Shown here: positions 46,189 to 56,735 of the stretch, piece by piece
Layout: each line of letters begins with the position of its first letter
Position numbering within the stretch: position 1 is the first letter of the stretch
Assembly (NCBI GenBank): GCA_043228905.1
Contig: JBHGNT010000021.1
Location: 3,162,001 to 3,226,000 of the forward strand
DNA: 64,000 nt
Direction of reading: 5' to 3'
From: Azolla caroliniana
Lineage: Eukaryota; Plantae; Polypodiophyta
Program-made: the position numbers and the translations under genes
Notes under the pieces: generated by a model
Told to the model about the DNA's origin: nothing
Seen by the model: only the letters and a program-made list of their open reading frames with translations
Database searches by the model: none

Positions 46189-49100
46189 ACACATACACCC
46201 ACAATCTTTTTAAACCCTCAACAACTTTACCACAATGGACAAACCGATTGGTGTGATCCAATCGTGCGATATGTTGACCAAACGAGAAGGTTCGTGTCAA
46301 GCCAGCTCCGATTGAAGTTATCGATTGTAGAGCAGTAATCCGGTCGAGGGATTTCCGACCGTCGAGAGAAGACCAATGGAGTTTCCGGTCAACACGTTGT
46401 CGTGAAGAAAACCGTCCCTAGGCGGAATCGGCGCACCAAGGCGTGGGAACCGGTTCTTCGCGCGCGCACGCTCCAAGTAGTACATAGAAGCGAGTTAGGA
46501 GGATAATCGGCAGGAACGGGCCCTAACACAAGTGGAGACAAAGACCGCGCGAACAGTCTTTTCGGTCGCGCGCGCGAGCTAAGGAACTGTACGAGTCGGC
46601 GGCGTAACTACGCGGATGCGTGAAGAACGGAGCGGATCCCTGTTCAAAAGGGACAGGGAATAAAGCTGACAGGACGGCCTGCTCGTCGGCCTATATAAGG
46701 AGCAGGAAAGAGCTGTTGCAGGGATCTGGGGCAGAGAGGACGAAGTGCTGTCGGACCGTTTCTGGACGCTTCTCTCTCTGTTTCCTTCCTTCTCGAGCTC
46801 CATAGTTTTTCTGTGCAGGGTTCCGGGGAGGCTCGCGCTGTTTTGAGGAACGCCCGAGTGCTTCCGGCAGCACCTCCGACCTGCTACCCCTTGTGCGTCG
46901 AAGCGAACAAGCATCGGCATCTGTTCGCCGGCCTGTTCGGTTGTAGCCAACCTGTGCCCCATCGAGGGTTGTAGTCGTGTTAGCCATTTTGTTAATATAC
47001 ATTTTTAGTCATTCGCATCTGTCTGTGTCGGTGTCTGTTCGCGTTCTCCGTGCTGAAGGGCCGTGTCCCTGTGTATCCCCGGTCCTGCGTAGCCGGTTCT
47101 CTCCCTTTCTCCTCCCTCGCTTGCTCTTTGGTTCGAGACCCCCGCGGTCCCGCCTCGTTTCCACACGCACTTGCGTAATATCTCGACAACGTTTTTGGCA
47201 TGGGCTTTATGAGATCGACATGCAATGCACTGTCCCATGGGAGGGTTAGATGTAATGTGTAAGTTGTAATATGAAATGTGAATGTGTGAGTGTTAGGTGG
47301 GGTAAGTAGGTGTACCTACGTCCATTCAACTTTTGTAATGATTAGATCTTATTCTATTTAAACCCCACCCAGGGGGTATGAAAAAAAAAAGAGAAATATA
47401 TTAGAGTTACCCCTCAACTGTGTCTATCTCGACTCTTCCTCTCTCTCTTATTTGGTCTTATAGGCCATTTTGGCCTCTTAAAAGACATAAATATATCTAT
47501 CTTTCTTTCTTTTTCTCTCATTCTTCTCATTCTCTGTGCATCTCTCTCTATCTCCCCCCTTACATTCAAACCCCCTTAGGGGGGGGTGGAGCCGATCCAC
47601 CCATAAACATGAACCCTTGATTTCAATTTTGAAAAGACAAGACACTTCGCACATAAACTAACTTGTTTGATTGATTAATTATTTGATTTTCTGATTTGAT
47701 CCATCGACGCCTACATGCATCGCTTCCCTCTCTTTATATAGGTGTTCACATGCATACGATGTATGCGTGGGTGCATGACATGCATTAAATGCATGTGATG
47801 CATGATCGCCATTTGGCGCACATGCATTACATGTGATGCATGATAGCCATCCTGCTCATCTATTCCAATGTATGAAAATAGACATAAGCCATAAGTATGA
47901 TAATGAGAATATAACTACACAAAATAGCTTATCCCAATGGTTTGTACTATGTACTTGATATACAAGGTTATGGGTTCAAGGCTCACAAACGTCACTCAAT
48001 ATAATATTTGAGTTTGTTTTTATGTCGTGAAGCAATCGTAAATTTGGAAAGAAATAAATAAATTGGCCCAAGAAAGGAACCAATCCCAATGGGCAGTTCC
48101 AACGGCTAGTCCCAACAGCCGTCTTTGGCCTATAAAAAAGAGAACTACACCTCATTTTGCAATGATTCCCTAATTCCGAGATTTGCACACACTCTCACTC
48201 TCTCTCTCTAATCCTTTTTGCTCTTAGGAGCTTGTAACAAACCTCTCTTGTAATCACGATTAATTATAATGATAATCAAACATCTATTTGGCTTGATCTT
48301 GTCTAATCCCAACCGTGTTCGCGATTGTTTAGAGACCCCCATATTATAAGGGCATAACACTTGGTATTAGAACAGGACACAAGTTGAGGAGGAAGATGCA
48401 AAGGAAGGAGAAGGTATTCATGGAAAGAGAAGGAGATGAAAGTAGACAAATCGGGAATAGGAAGCGATCGAGAAGCCACAAAGGCAAGAGAACAAAGTGG
48501 AGATCGCGTTAGCACAACGCGCTGAAGCTTTGTTGCAACAAGTAAAGGAGCTAAAGCCTAAGAAGACCAACAAGCAGGTCGAGAAGGAGAAACCACTCAA
48601 GGAAAGCTACGAGAGAGTGTCCCATGGGAGTACGCGGGAACAAGGGAGTCTTCGGTGCTCGAGAAGTGGATCATCAACGTGGAGAGCCACTTGGAGTGGT
48701 GTTGAGTGTGGCCACAAGATTGGGTGGAGGAAGCGAGTGAATTTCTTGAAGGCTACGCCGAGGAGTGGTACCTTCGGGAGTGGCGGAGAAGACCCTTCAA
48801 GGATTGGGAAGACTTCGAGCGACGAGTGTGGAGAGAATTCACCCTAAGGGATGAGTCTTTGGGGAGGAATTGGAGGATTCCGCCCCAAAAAATTGGGAAA
48901 TTAGATCTTGACATTGCAAAATATAAACGGGTAATGACATACCTAACCAATGTGCATGATTGTGACAGGTTGGATGGTTTTCTTGAAGGATTGCAGCCCT
49001 CGGTTTGAGAGGAAGTGGAAGAGTGGGATCCCTCAACTTGGGAGGAGGCGATCAGGATCATGGAATGAGTGGGTGAAGGAGGCGCCCAGCATGAAGACCG

Positions 49101-52100
49101 AGGTAAGAGAGGGGTTTCCCACAAGTGGAGATCACATTCGAGACCGAGATAGGGGGCACAATCAAGATGGAAACAAAGGAGGAACCAACCGAAGTGAGTG
49201 AGCAAGAGTTCAAGGTGAAAGAGTTGCCAACACAAGAATTTGAAATGGAGGTCGATGAAGACCCAACCAAGGAGGGACCCACAAAACAAGAACCCGAGAC
49301 CGAGACCGAGACAGAGTCCAAGTTAGAGGCAAAGGAAGAAACACAAGAAGGGACCGAGGAGATCGAGATCGGGACCGATGAAGTGCCAGACTCAACCCAG
49401 TGCCAACGGGCAGTCCCCAACAGCTAGCCCCAACCTCCATATTTCGCCTTTAAAAAGAGAACCACCCCTCATTTTAATTCATTCCTTGACTCTCAGTTTT
49501 GGACTTCACTCTCTCTCCCACTCTCTAATTAACTTTGCTCTAAGGAGCTTGTAATAAACCCTTCGTATAATCCCAATTAATTATAATGATAATCAATCAT
49601 CGTTTTGCCTTGATCCCTCTGGTTCCAACCAGTGTTTTGAGATTGTTTGGAGAACACCATATTTTAGGGCCACAACAATGATGTCAAACGGACATGCAGC
49701 TCCTACAGCGCTGCATTCCATCACTCTATCTCCCCTACAGAAACCGTCAAACCTTCGTCTTTCATTTTGGCAATTAAAACATGCCTTATATCAATCAGAA
49801 TCACTGTGTGCCCTAACTGTGAATAAAATAACAAATTACTAAGATACTCATGGCTGCATTTAACAGTGCCTGCAGCAATGGATTGTCATAAAGATGTAAC
49901 AAAACTAGGACCAAAACCTCCTCGGGAAAAAGTGGGGGGCACATGCCTAGTCTTTAGGGTCACTCCCTTAGAGACAGTGGAGGAGGGGATGATCCAAGTT
50001 CTCCCTGAACAAAGAAAGAGAACTTATGCTGAATAGACATGGAAACAGACTTTGTGTAGACAACCTGACTTTAGATGGCAAACCAAAGAATTAGAATCAT
50101 TCCATTTGGAAGAGATGGAAGGTAATAGAAAACCATTTTCCATCGATAATAACTGGCCCATAATCAAAAATGGCATGTGTTTATCATCAAATGCAGTAGG
50201 CAACTTAAAAGTATCAATCAGAAGCTGAAAACTCCACGAAACCCTTCACAATAATAGTAGTCTTCAAATATGATTAAATTAATCATTGCGCTTATGTGTC
50301 CTTTTTCATTCAAGCCAAATAGTGTCTTCGAACCTTATTATGCATTTCAGCTTTGCTTTTGGAGGATAATTATGAGAAATACATACAGGATGACGAAAAT
50401 CATGCAATGGATCATTACTTTCTAATGCAAAAGATATGTACATGATAATGAACATCAACGTGGCATGTTTACCATATAGAATGAGCTTACACTAGTTAAA
50501 TTCTGTATGTCATCTTGAATGTAAGTAATATTGTTGCCAGCAAGAGAAAGATCGACCAGATCCTTGAGAAGAAAAACTTGTTCCGGCACTTCGTCCAACC
50601 CTATTAAGTAAAGAGAGAACAATAAAAATATTGTTGAAGCATGAGAGTTGGAGTCTCATACCAAACTTCTACTGAGGAATTGTCTTTTGAGAAAATTCAT
50701 TCCATAATATCATATACAGCCACATTTTTTGTATATTCTTACCCCAAAAGGTACAAACATTTTTTCGATTTTGGTTGGAACTCTATGTCAAGTTGCATTG
50801 ATAGCTTGTCTTTTCAGATAACTCAAAACTTAATATCATATAAAGCAAACCTTTTGTGTGAACTTACCCAATACATGATAGAGTGGCCAACTGTGGCTAA
50901 ATTGTTTTGGTATAACTGTTTTTTTATTATTATTGGAACTCTATGTCAACTTGTATTCCTAGCTTGTCTTTTCAGATGACTCAAAACTTAATATCATATA
51001 AAGCCAACCTTTTGTGTGCTCTTTCCCAATACAGGATAGAATGGCCCACTGTGTCTTGCACTGGGCATTTTATTTTTGTAGCTTGTATCAAGGAGTCAGC
51101 TAGACTTGTGTTTTCAGATAACTTGTTCCTTGATAATATATACATATAGACACTCTTTCAAATGATTTTACCCAACAAACTGACCAACCAAGGCCTCTAT
51201 GTCAACTCATACTGGAACTCATCTGATTGGATGATTAGACCATTAATATCATATGGAGCTTATCTTCATACAGCAGCAAATTCTGGTATTTTGTTTCCTA
51301 TATTCTGTTGGTTTCATGAGCTCTTCTCTTATTTGATAAGCAGTTCCTAGATAAAATAATATGTTTTCAAACAAAACAAAACCTAAAACTTGACCACAAA
51401 GAAAGATACCACAATTGCTGAGGTCCAGTCGGCCTGTGCTAGCGGCAACTGAAATGCGAGCCTGAATGACTCCTGGCAAAAAAAGGAATGAAAATGCATT
51501 AAGACTTCTGATAAAACCAAGAAATTATGTATAAAGCATAATGTTATGCATTACCGCTTGCTTTGGAATGTAGTAGCAAACAATCTTTAACAAACATAAA
51601 ATAATTAGCAGTAATCTATCTATATATGATATCCTAAAAAGCTATTTACATATAGCTTTCAAATTTTAGGCTTCTAACAACAAAAAGGGGAAAGCTGTTT
51701 GAGCTGTTTGAGAAAGCACGCCAAGAAAGAGAAAGAGAAAAGAACAAATTTAGGGGGTTTAAGAGAGGAAATTTGCGAATTTCTGGGATGTTCTGAGATT
51801 GACGAGAACAATAAAATGCAAATGTGTCCCCTTTATGTTTTCTAGGAATTAATACACATAACTATTTAATAGTATATTCCTAAACAAACAATAGGGTTAG
51901 GCTCTCTAAGAAGCCAATGCTGAAGAAGAAGACAAAACAAAACGAAGAGAAGGAATGGAAGCGCGAGGCGAGGATGGGGGGGGGGGGGGGGGGGGGGGGA
52001 GGAATCTCACGTGGAGAAGGCGGTGACGAAACCGCTGTGATAACAGTAGAAACAGATTTGGGGGAGTTCGAAGGCGATGGCCATGGCCAAGGACGACTGT

Positions 52101-52161
52101 GCTGCACCTCTTCTTCCCTCCTCCATGGGACGGAGAGGGTACGCCAGGAACAGCTCAACAT
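23213..52161 (-). CDS. Leucine-rich-repeat protein with C-terminal alpha/beta-hydrolase-like domain and Ser/Pro-rich N-terminus; ~16 exons with two giant TE-filled introns
   Basis: Phase-consistent GT-AG exons: 52011-52161, 51410-51472, 50491-50600, 41692-41811, 41512-41604, 41402-41444, 27210-27319, 26931-27064, 26027-26099, 25856-25933, 25665-25763, 24654-24727, ~24455-24566, 24113-24328, 23873-24037, ~23213-23373. LRRs of the LxxLxLxGNxLxxLP type include LKRLGLSGNWLSEVP and LEELSLQGNCIKKLP. They are followed by VIVAFGSAPGVPNWGG, FDVLYVVDSRRSWY and RVVMLGDSMGASAALLFS (GxSxG). The exon 13 donor and the last exon/stop are uncertain. Confidence 0.85.
27589..32490 (-). mobile_element. Ty1/Copia LTR retrotransposon, degenerate, internally deleted and interrupted
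   Basis: 3' LTR 27589-28151 (TG...CA) is preceded by the PPT GAAGGGGGAGAT. The 5' LTR remnant 32401-~32490 matches the LTR end and is followed by a tRNA-Met-type PBS TGGTATCAGAG. Recognisable domains: gag, integrase (RVDNGEEY, TPELNGLAERMNRT), RT (YKARIVVKGFQQ, FYVDDM) and RNase H (TDSDM, STTEAEY, RTKHI), with stops and frameshifts. Confidence 0.95.
30529..31504. mobile_element. Foldback-type long-TIR element nested in the Copia element
   Basis: The left arm CAGTGTTGGGCAAAGTCC... (~410 bp) is the reverse complement of the right arm ...GGACTTTGCCCAACACTG, with a spacer of only ~100 bp. No TSD visible. It replaces the protease/GAG-pre-integrase part of the Copia element. Confidence 0.85.
32490..33531. 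mobile_element. Long-TIR family copy W (truncated; type-A arm ending in ...GGGAGGGGGGTGGAGCC)
   Basis: 32790-33531 is an inverted homologue of 33538-34230 and a direct homologue of 45990-47593. It has ~30-bp subterminal repeats at the inner end and truncates the Copia 5' LTR. Confidence 0.8.
33538..35961. mobile_element. Long-TIR family copy X, apparently complete non-autonomous element (~2.4 kb; type-A left arm, type-B right arm)
   Basis: Arms of ~700 bp (33538-34230, 35210-35961) are diverged inverted homologues sharing GATCCAATCG, AAGGTTCGTGTCAAG, TGCAATGCA(C/G)TGTCCCAC and the CCCCTTGGGAGGGGGGTG(G/A)AGCC terminus. The non-coding core is CT/GTC-rich. Superfamily not determined (Mutator/foldback-like). 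Confidence 0.8.
35965..36694. mobile_element. Long-TIR family copy Y (type-B arm, inverted relative to the X right arm)
   Basis: Reverse-complement match to 35210-35945, e.g. GTTACAAAAAAGATCG / CGATCTTTTTTGTAAC and TGCACACAAAT(A)TGCATGTGTACATA. Interrupted at 36699 by the next element. Confidence 0.78.
36699..37823. mobile_element. TGTCG...ACA element with ~430-bp inverted arms (Ginger/GingerRoot-like, non-autonomous)
   Basis: Starts TGTCGTGAAGATTTTC and ends GAAATCTTCACAACA. Flanks are CCGT (36695-36698) and ACGT (37824-37827). An extra internal terminus ...AAAATCTTCACGACA ends at 37245. Confidence 0.75.
38188..40095. mobile_element. TGTCG...CGACA element with ~480-bp inverted arms and internal 120-bp satellite (Ginger/GingerRoot-like, non-autonomous)
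   Basis: Termini TGTCGCGAAGTTTCG... / ...CGAAACTTTGCGACA, with ACGT on both flanks (38184-38187, 40096-40099). Confidence 0.8.
38470..39200 (+). repeat. ~120-bp tandem repeat, 6 copies
   Basis: Unit ...CAAATGCT(C/T)GTACG(C/T)CTTTATGAGGAGGAGAGGTGCATGGGCAAGCCCGAACG...CGTCACAAGACGGCCGAACGTACAAGGAAGACACAAACAC recurs at 120-bp period. About 1.5 inverted copies at 39620-39810. Confidence 0.92.
40645..40700. mobile_element. Orphan hAT terminus related to the MITE at 2895
   Basis: ...GCTTGAGCCGAGCCATTGCCGACTCCTA is the reverse complement of TAGGGATCGGCAATGACTCGGCTCAAGC (2895-2922) with few mismatches. No partner end found. Confidence 0.65.
41850..44190 (+). repeat. Two dispersed ~215-bp direct copies (41850-42065 and 43970-44190) of a repeat with a GGCCAAAATGGCC hairpin core
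   Basis: AAGAGGCCAAAATGG(C/G)C...GACCAAACAAGAGATT(G/A)CATCTTAA...TCTCAA...AGATATATTGTA shared. Related cores at 3545-3610, 47450-47510 and 59610-59690. Confidence 0.7.
44367..45650 (+). mobile_element. 5' part of an LTR retrotransposon (LTR, putative PBS, truncated gag), probably Ty3/Gypsy
   Basis: TG start at 44367 or 44378, TATATAAGG at ~44657, and ...CAACA near 45018 followed by TTGGTCCCACCGAG (PBS-like). Gag-like peptide YVRYTNGPDAEAHIRSFLNTWQAN is cut off by copy Z. Confidence 0.5.
45690..47593. mobile_element. Long-TIR family copy Z (internal part plus type-A arm), carrying two nested insertions
   Basis: 45850-46390 and 47193-47593 are reverse-complement homologues of 33538-34400. The copy ends ...TTAGGGGGGGGTGGAGCC with no mirrored partner arm. 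Confidence 0.82.
46398..47188 (+). mobile_element. 791-bp TGTCG...CGACA insertion with ACGT target duplication (solo-LTR-like or Ginger-like)
   Basis: ACGT at 46394-46397 and 47189-47192. The homologous empty site at ~33150 (CAAC-GAGT-TTTTGGC) has the length expected for a 4-bp TSD. Internal CCTATATAAGG at ~46690. GC/CpG-rich, so probably young. Confidence 0.85.
47966..49678 (+). mobile_element. Internally deleted Ty3/Gypsy-like LTR element
   Basis: Direct repeats ~48078-48358 and ~49395-49678, both ending ...AGGGC(A/C)(T/A)(A/C)ACA-like. A PBS-like TGGTATTAGA follows the first. Decayed gag peptide WVEEASEFLEGYAEEWY...FKDWEDFERRVWREF. Left boundary approximate. Confidence 0.75.
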
Positions 52162-52521
52162 AGTTTTTTGTGACACTCAAAGGGCCTCCTCCTCCACTGG
52201 CTCTCATCTCATCTCATGATTCATCCAAATATATATATATATATATATATTATGTACATATGTAGTATGTATGTTATAATCGATCCACACACACATTTGA
52301 GATGAAATTATGGATGGATGGATGGACGGATTGAACTCATCACAAGTAGGCGATGGCTGGCCATCTCACATCCCGACACACGGACATAAAATCACCCACC
52401 CGATTCATTGCCGCCTGCTATCCGATCCTTTGCCCGCATCACAATCCCGAATGCCCATGCAACACACCGGACCTCGATAATGGGCAAGGAAGGTTATGTG
52501 AGGACCACCTCCGTTTGTTTG

Positions 52522-52670
52522 TCTCTCTTTTGCTACATAGCCCATCCAAACCATGCACCATTTGCAATCAACAGCAGTAACTTTCAAGTCGATGGGTCTC
52601 TCTTTTGCTCCATAGCCCATCCATACCATGTACCATATGCAATTCGCAGCAGTAACTTTCGAGTCGATGG
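52522..52670 (+). repeat. Tandem duplication, 2 x ~75 bp
   Basis: TCTCTCTTTTGCT(A/C)CATAGCCCATCCA(A/T)ACCATG...CAGCAGTAACTTTC(A/G)AGTCGATGG occurs twice. Confidence 0.85.
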
Positions 52671-53905
52671 ATATGTTCCAACCATGCGTGTCGTGGGTAT
52701 ATCGGCTCACGAGATCGTACGTACATGAGCGTTTCTTCTATGTCACCCTTTCTATCGTATATGTCTCTCTCTTTGTTAACCCTTTGCTTGTCATAACCAA
52801 ATGTCGAGTTCACACTTGGCATGTGGAAATGTCGATGGAGGTTGCGAGTGCTCACAATTTGCATTGCCCCAATGGTCGAACATAGGCATAAACATCTCGT
52901 AGTATTGAGATTATTGAATCTAGTGGCCACTTTTAGGTTTAGCGTTACAATTACCAATCAAGATGTCCCATGTGTTTTGAAGCAACCCAAAATCATCATT
53001 AACCGAAATGGGAATTCATGTAGTTCTCACTTGCATTGTTAAAAGTAGGCATTACAGGTTAACACACGTTGTAAAAGATTTTCCTTTACGTATAAACAAG
53101 GCATATCGACATACACGAAGTTTACCTTGACATAAAACAATCAACATAGAATGATCTCACCATTATCATTTGAAATTGGAGGTAGAAATGCCCCAGATTT
53201 TTGAGATTTTTTAGAGTAAAACCTTCAAATATCAAGACATACAATGATTAACACTTTAAGTATTGCATTTCTATAAGAGATTTTAGATTTGTCTACACAA
53301 CACTATGTTGCACACTAATGAGCCTTAATCTATTAAAGGTATTGGATTCAAATATACATGGCAACGATATGGTTTGGTGTTTGAGCCTAGAGCAATGGTT
53401 TTGAATGTGTTGCACGTTCATCATTAAAAAGATCACCACGTTTTCGAGTCAAGATCATCACCTTTCGTTGGGAGAAACATAGGTGGAATACATCTACATC
53501 AATAGCAATTGTATTCACAAACACACAATCAAACCTCTAGAAAATCTCCAACAGGCAAAGAAGAGGATGCCTTCGATTCAAAATTCAAATACACAGTTCG
53601 TTTTGTCCAAACCGATTGCACTAGCATGGGATGAGAAAAGGGACAAGACAGAAAAGAATTGTGTCTGAGCTTCCGGTCGGAGATCGTGTCCCCAAGGATA
53701 GTTGGGTGCTTGGGTGGGTAAAGCGGCATGTGTTGCATGGGCCGCCAGTCACCCGAAAGGTCCACGAGACGAATTATCGACACGAAGAAAGAAGAACCGT
53801 GACACAAACACCACACCCATAATTAATCTGGGACGCACTCTTCATTCATCATCATCATCATAAGAAAGCAAAAGCCGTACTTTTGTCCGCCCTAAACACC
53901 AGTGA

Positions 53906-53984
53906 GTGTGAAACCTGCATCGGGAAGCCCCCAAGTGTGAAACCTGCGTCAGGAAGCTCTCCACTGTGAAACCTGCGTTCGGAC
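53906..53984 (+). repeat. Three ~29-bp tandem units in the leader of the EXPERA gene
   Basis: (G/C)TGTGAAACCTGC(A/G)T at ~53906, ~53935 and ~53964. Confidence 0.8.
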
Positions 53985-56735
53985 ATGGCCATGGCTATGG
54001 CGTCGTCTTCGTCTCCGTCCGGCAGCAGGCGACGTCGAGGCATCGACCTCTTCTTCGCTGTCTTCTTCATCCTTCACGCCTTCATCACTGTCCTCGTCGA
54101 CGCGCAGGTTCTCTTCCCTTCTCCTCAACTCTTCTTCCCTTCGCCTCTCCGCAACCTCCTCCGCTCGTACGTTCGATTCTCCGGAGATCACCTCGTCAGA
54201 GATCGCCCCCCTTTCTTCGTTGGACTTGTATTCGCAGAGGTCTTCTTCCAGCTCCCCCTCTGCGTAGCTAACGCCATCGCTTTTCTCTACGGTAGGCAAA
54301 AAGAAAAAGAATTTTCCATCGCTGTCGCTTTCGCCAGCGTTAACTTTTGTTTTTGCTTGCTCAGAATTCTCATAATACAAATATTTTCTTTTTCCTTTCT
54401 AAAGTAGTGATTTTTACTTTTCTAAACCTTTTCCTTTTCTACTATCTGTAAACAGATTGTGAAGCTCAAGATTTTCTGCCTATTGTATGCTTCCGTCTAA
54501 TAATTACATGGCCGTTCATACACCATCATTGACGTTGATCTGATAATGATCGTCGTCATTCTTTATCTGATGCTATCAAAAAAAATTCTATTACATGTTT
54601 CTCCATTGCCTGTAATGTAAGCACAGAATGAAAATCTTCGATTATTTTTAGAAAATAAAAAATTGATTTCCATTGAATAGTGGAATCAGGAGAGGCAGCG
54701 GGAAATCTTGAGTTGGCCCGGTTGGTTAAAATCACCTATGCAGTCGTTATCCTGAGCTTTCATTACGAAGTATATTCTTGTAGTTGTATTTTTTGCATTC
54801 AAGTCTTATGATACACATGCAGCGGGGAATCTTGAGTTGGCCAGGTTGGTCAAAATCACCTATCCAGTCGTTATCCTGAGCTTTCATTACGAAGTAAATT
54901 CTTGTAGTTATATTTTTTGCATTCAAATCTTATGATACACATGCTAGAAGTCATGAAAGGGAGGGCTTAAATCGTGCATAAAAATGTCATCGCTAAGGCG
55001 CAAATTACAAGGCAAAGTATCATCTGTAACACGTGTGTACAGCTTGTATTTGATGATTAAACCTACAACAAAATGAACCAGAAATCATGTTATATACAGA
55101 ACTATATGATAAGGGTGTGTAACAAACACAATCTCTACAATGTATTTCAACAACTTATTGTTTTTTGTATTCCATGCCCTCTCTCTCTCTCTCTCTAAAT
55201 GTTGCTTTCTACATGTGGTGATTTCTAGCTTTTTGTTCTTTCTTTTACTAAGGTATACTAAAAGGAACCTTTTCTGTCTGAAATGTAGGCGCATAACTCT
55301 ACAAGGTTTTTCTGCCAATCTTTTCTACTAGGATAAAAAGCTTCTATCTATTCCTCACATGCTTTTTATCTTTTTATTTATTTATTTATTGTACTTATCT
55401 TCAATTTATTGCCTCCAAGTATATTGTAACTGCAATCTTTGCTGGTTTATCCATCTTCCAGGAACAAGATGGGCCAACACAACCGGGCTCATTTATGGTG
55501 TGCATACTGCCACAACCATGGTATAACCATTTTATTCTCATATTGAATGCATTGGTTAATACATGCAATCTAACATTGTAGGTACTAAGGGACTTAAGTT
55601 TAAGGTTTAGCTCGAGAGTTTTGAGAGATGAACATGTTCATGAGGTATGCATACACACTGTTTACGGTGGCTAAACTCAATGGGCAGATCTGTTCTGATC
55701 TTGTTGTCAAACCCAATACTTGGTGACACTGATGACCTACTTCTTTAGTAAACAACGCAGGAAATTTGAACATGCCAGCTAGACTAGAAGGTTAATCACT
55801 TCTTCACATTGACAATCATCGAGAATCAATCCAAGACAGACACATCATCACTCAGTTCACAGGTAGTGAAGGGGTTAGGCTTCTTATTTGCATTCTGTTA
55901 CTGCAGTCATGCATAAGTTGACAATGACAACTTACTTCTTTAGGTAACACGTAGGAACTTTGGACATTCTTCCTAGACTAGAAGGTTGATCACTTTTTCA
56001 TAGTCTCAATCATCAAAATCAATCCAAGACAGACACATCATCACTCAGATCACTGGTAGCGAAGGGGTTAGGCTTCTTATTTGAATTCTGTTACTGCTGT
56101 CGTATGCATCAGTTGACAAACAATTGTGGTCACTTACTACTGAGATATGGAGAGTACTTAATGATTTAAAAAATAGGGCATTTAGTGAAGCAGAAGAGGG
56201 GATGCAAGCGAACATGACAAGTTTTCATCCTGGAGAGTACTTATGATTTAAAAAATAGGACAAGAAAACATAGGCAAATTCAAAATCCTATATAGAAAGA
56301 TTGATGAGAATGAATGTACGTAGTTAGAATATTTCTTTATGGTAGGAGGAAATCCCCACACCCAAACCTTGGAGCAGTCTTAATTGAAGCCACAAAAGTA
56401 GAAAAAGTTCCACAAACTTGTTGGATGAAGGATAATAACTAAGAACAAAAACATAAGTACCAACAGATGGATAAAAACTAAAGAAAGAGAAGAAATGGAG
56501 AAATATAGCACTAGGATATAGACTATGGAGAGAGAGAGAGATCTTGGTACTTGTTATTTTGTTGCAGATTCCGATATTGGCAGATATTTTTTATTCAAAT
56601 GCAGAAAGCATGTACACAATGTTGATGATTTATATACCATACCTGCTAATTCCAGTGGGATTAACGGTTCATGTGCTGACCTCACAAGCAGATACATCTG
56701 CAGCCCGTAAGCTCAAAAGCACGAAAAGAGCTTAA
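53985..56735 (+). CDS. TMEM97: EXPERA-domain membrane protein (TMEM97 / sigma-2 receptor-like), 3 exons
   Basis: Exons 53985-54291, 55462-55520 and 56568-56735 join in phase: IDLFFAVFFILHAFITVLVDAQ...YVRFSGDHLVRDRPPFFVGLVFAEVFFQLPLC...|GTRWANTTGLIYGVHTATTM|IPILADI...IYIPYLLIP...KLKSTKRA. Lys-rich C-terminal tail. Confidence 0.9.
54696..54943 (+). repeat. Intronic tandem duplication, 2 x ~124 bp
   Basis: GCAGCGGG(A/G)AATCTTGAGTTGGCC...CTTATGATACACATGC occurs twice. Confidence 0.9.
55735..56120 (+). repeat. Intronic tandem duplication, 2 x ~195 bp
   Basis: TACTTCTTTAG...CTAGACTAGAAGGTT...AATCAATCCAAGACAGACACATCATCACTCAG...GAAGGGGTTAGGCTTCTTATTTG occurs twice. Confidence 0.88.

Noticed and set aside
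52007-52207. ORF MRASGGGG... as exon 1 of the LRR gene
   Set aside because: Its phase at the 52011 donor does not match exon 2; the frame starting at ATG 52161 does.
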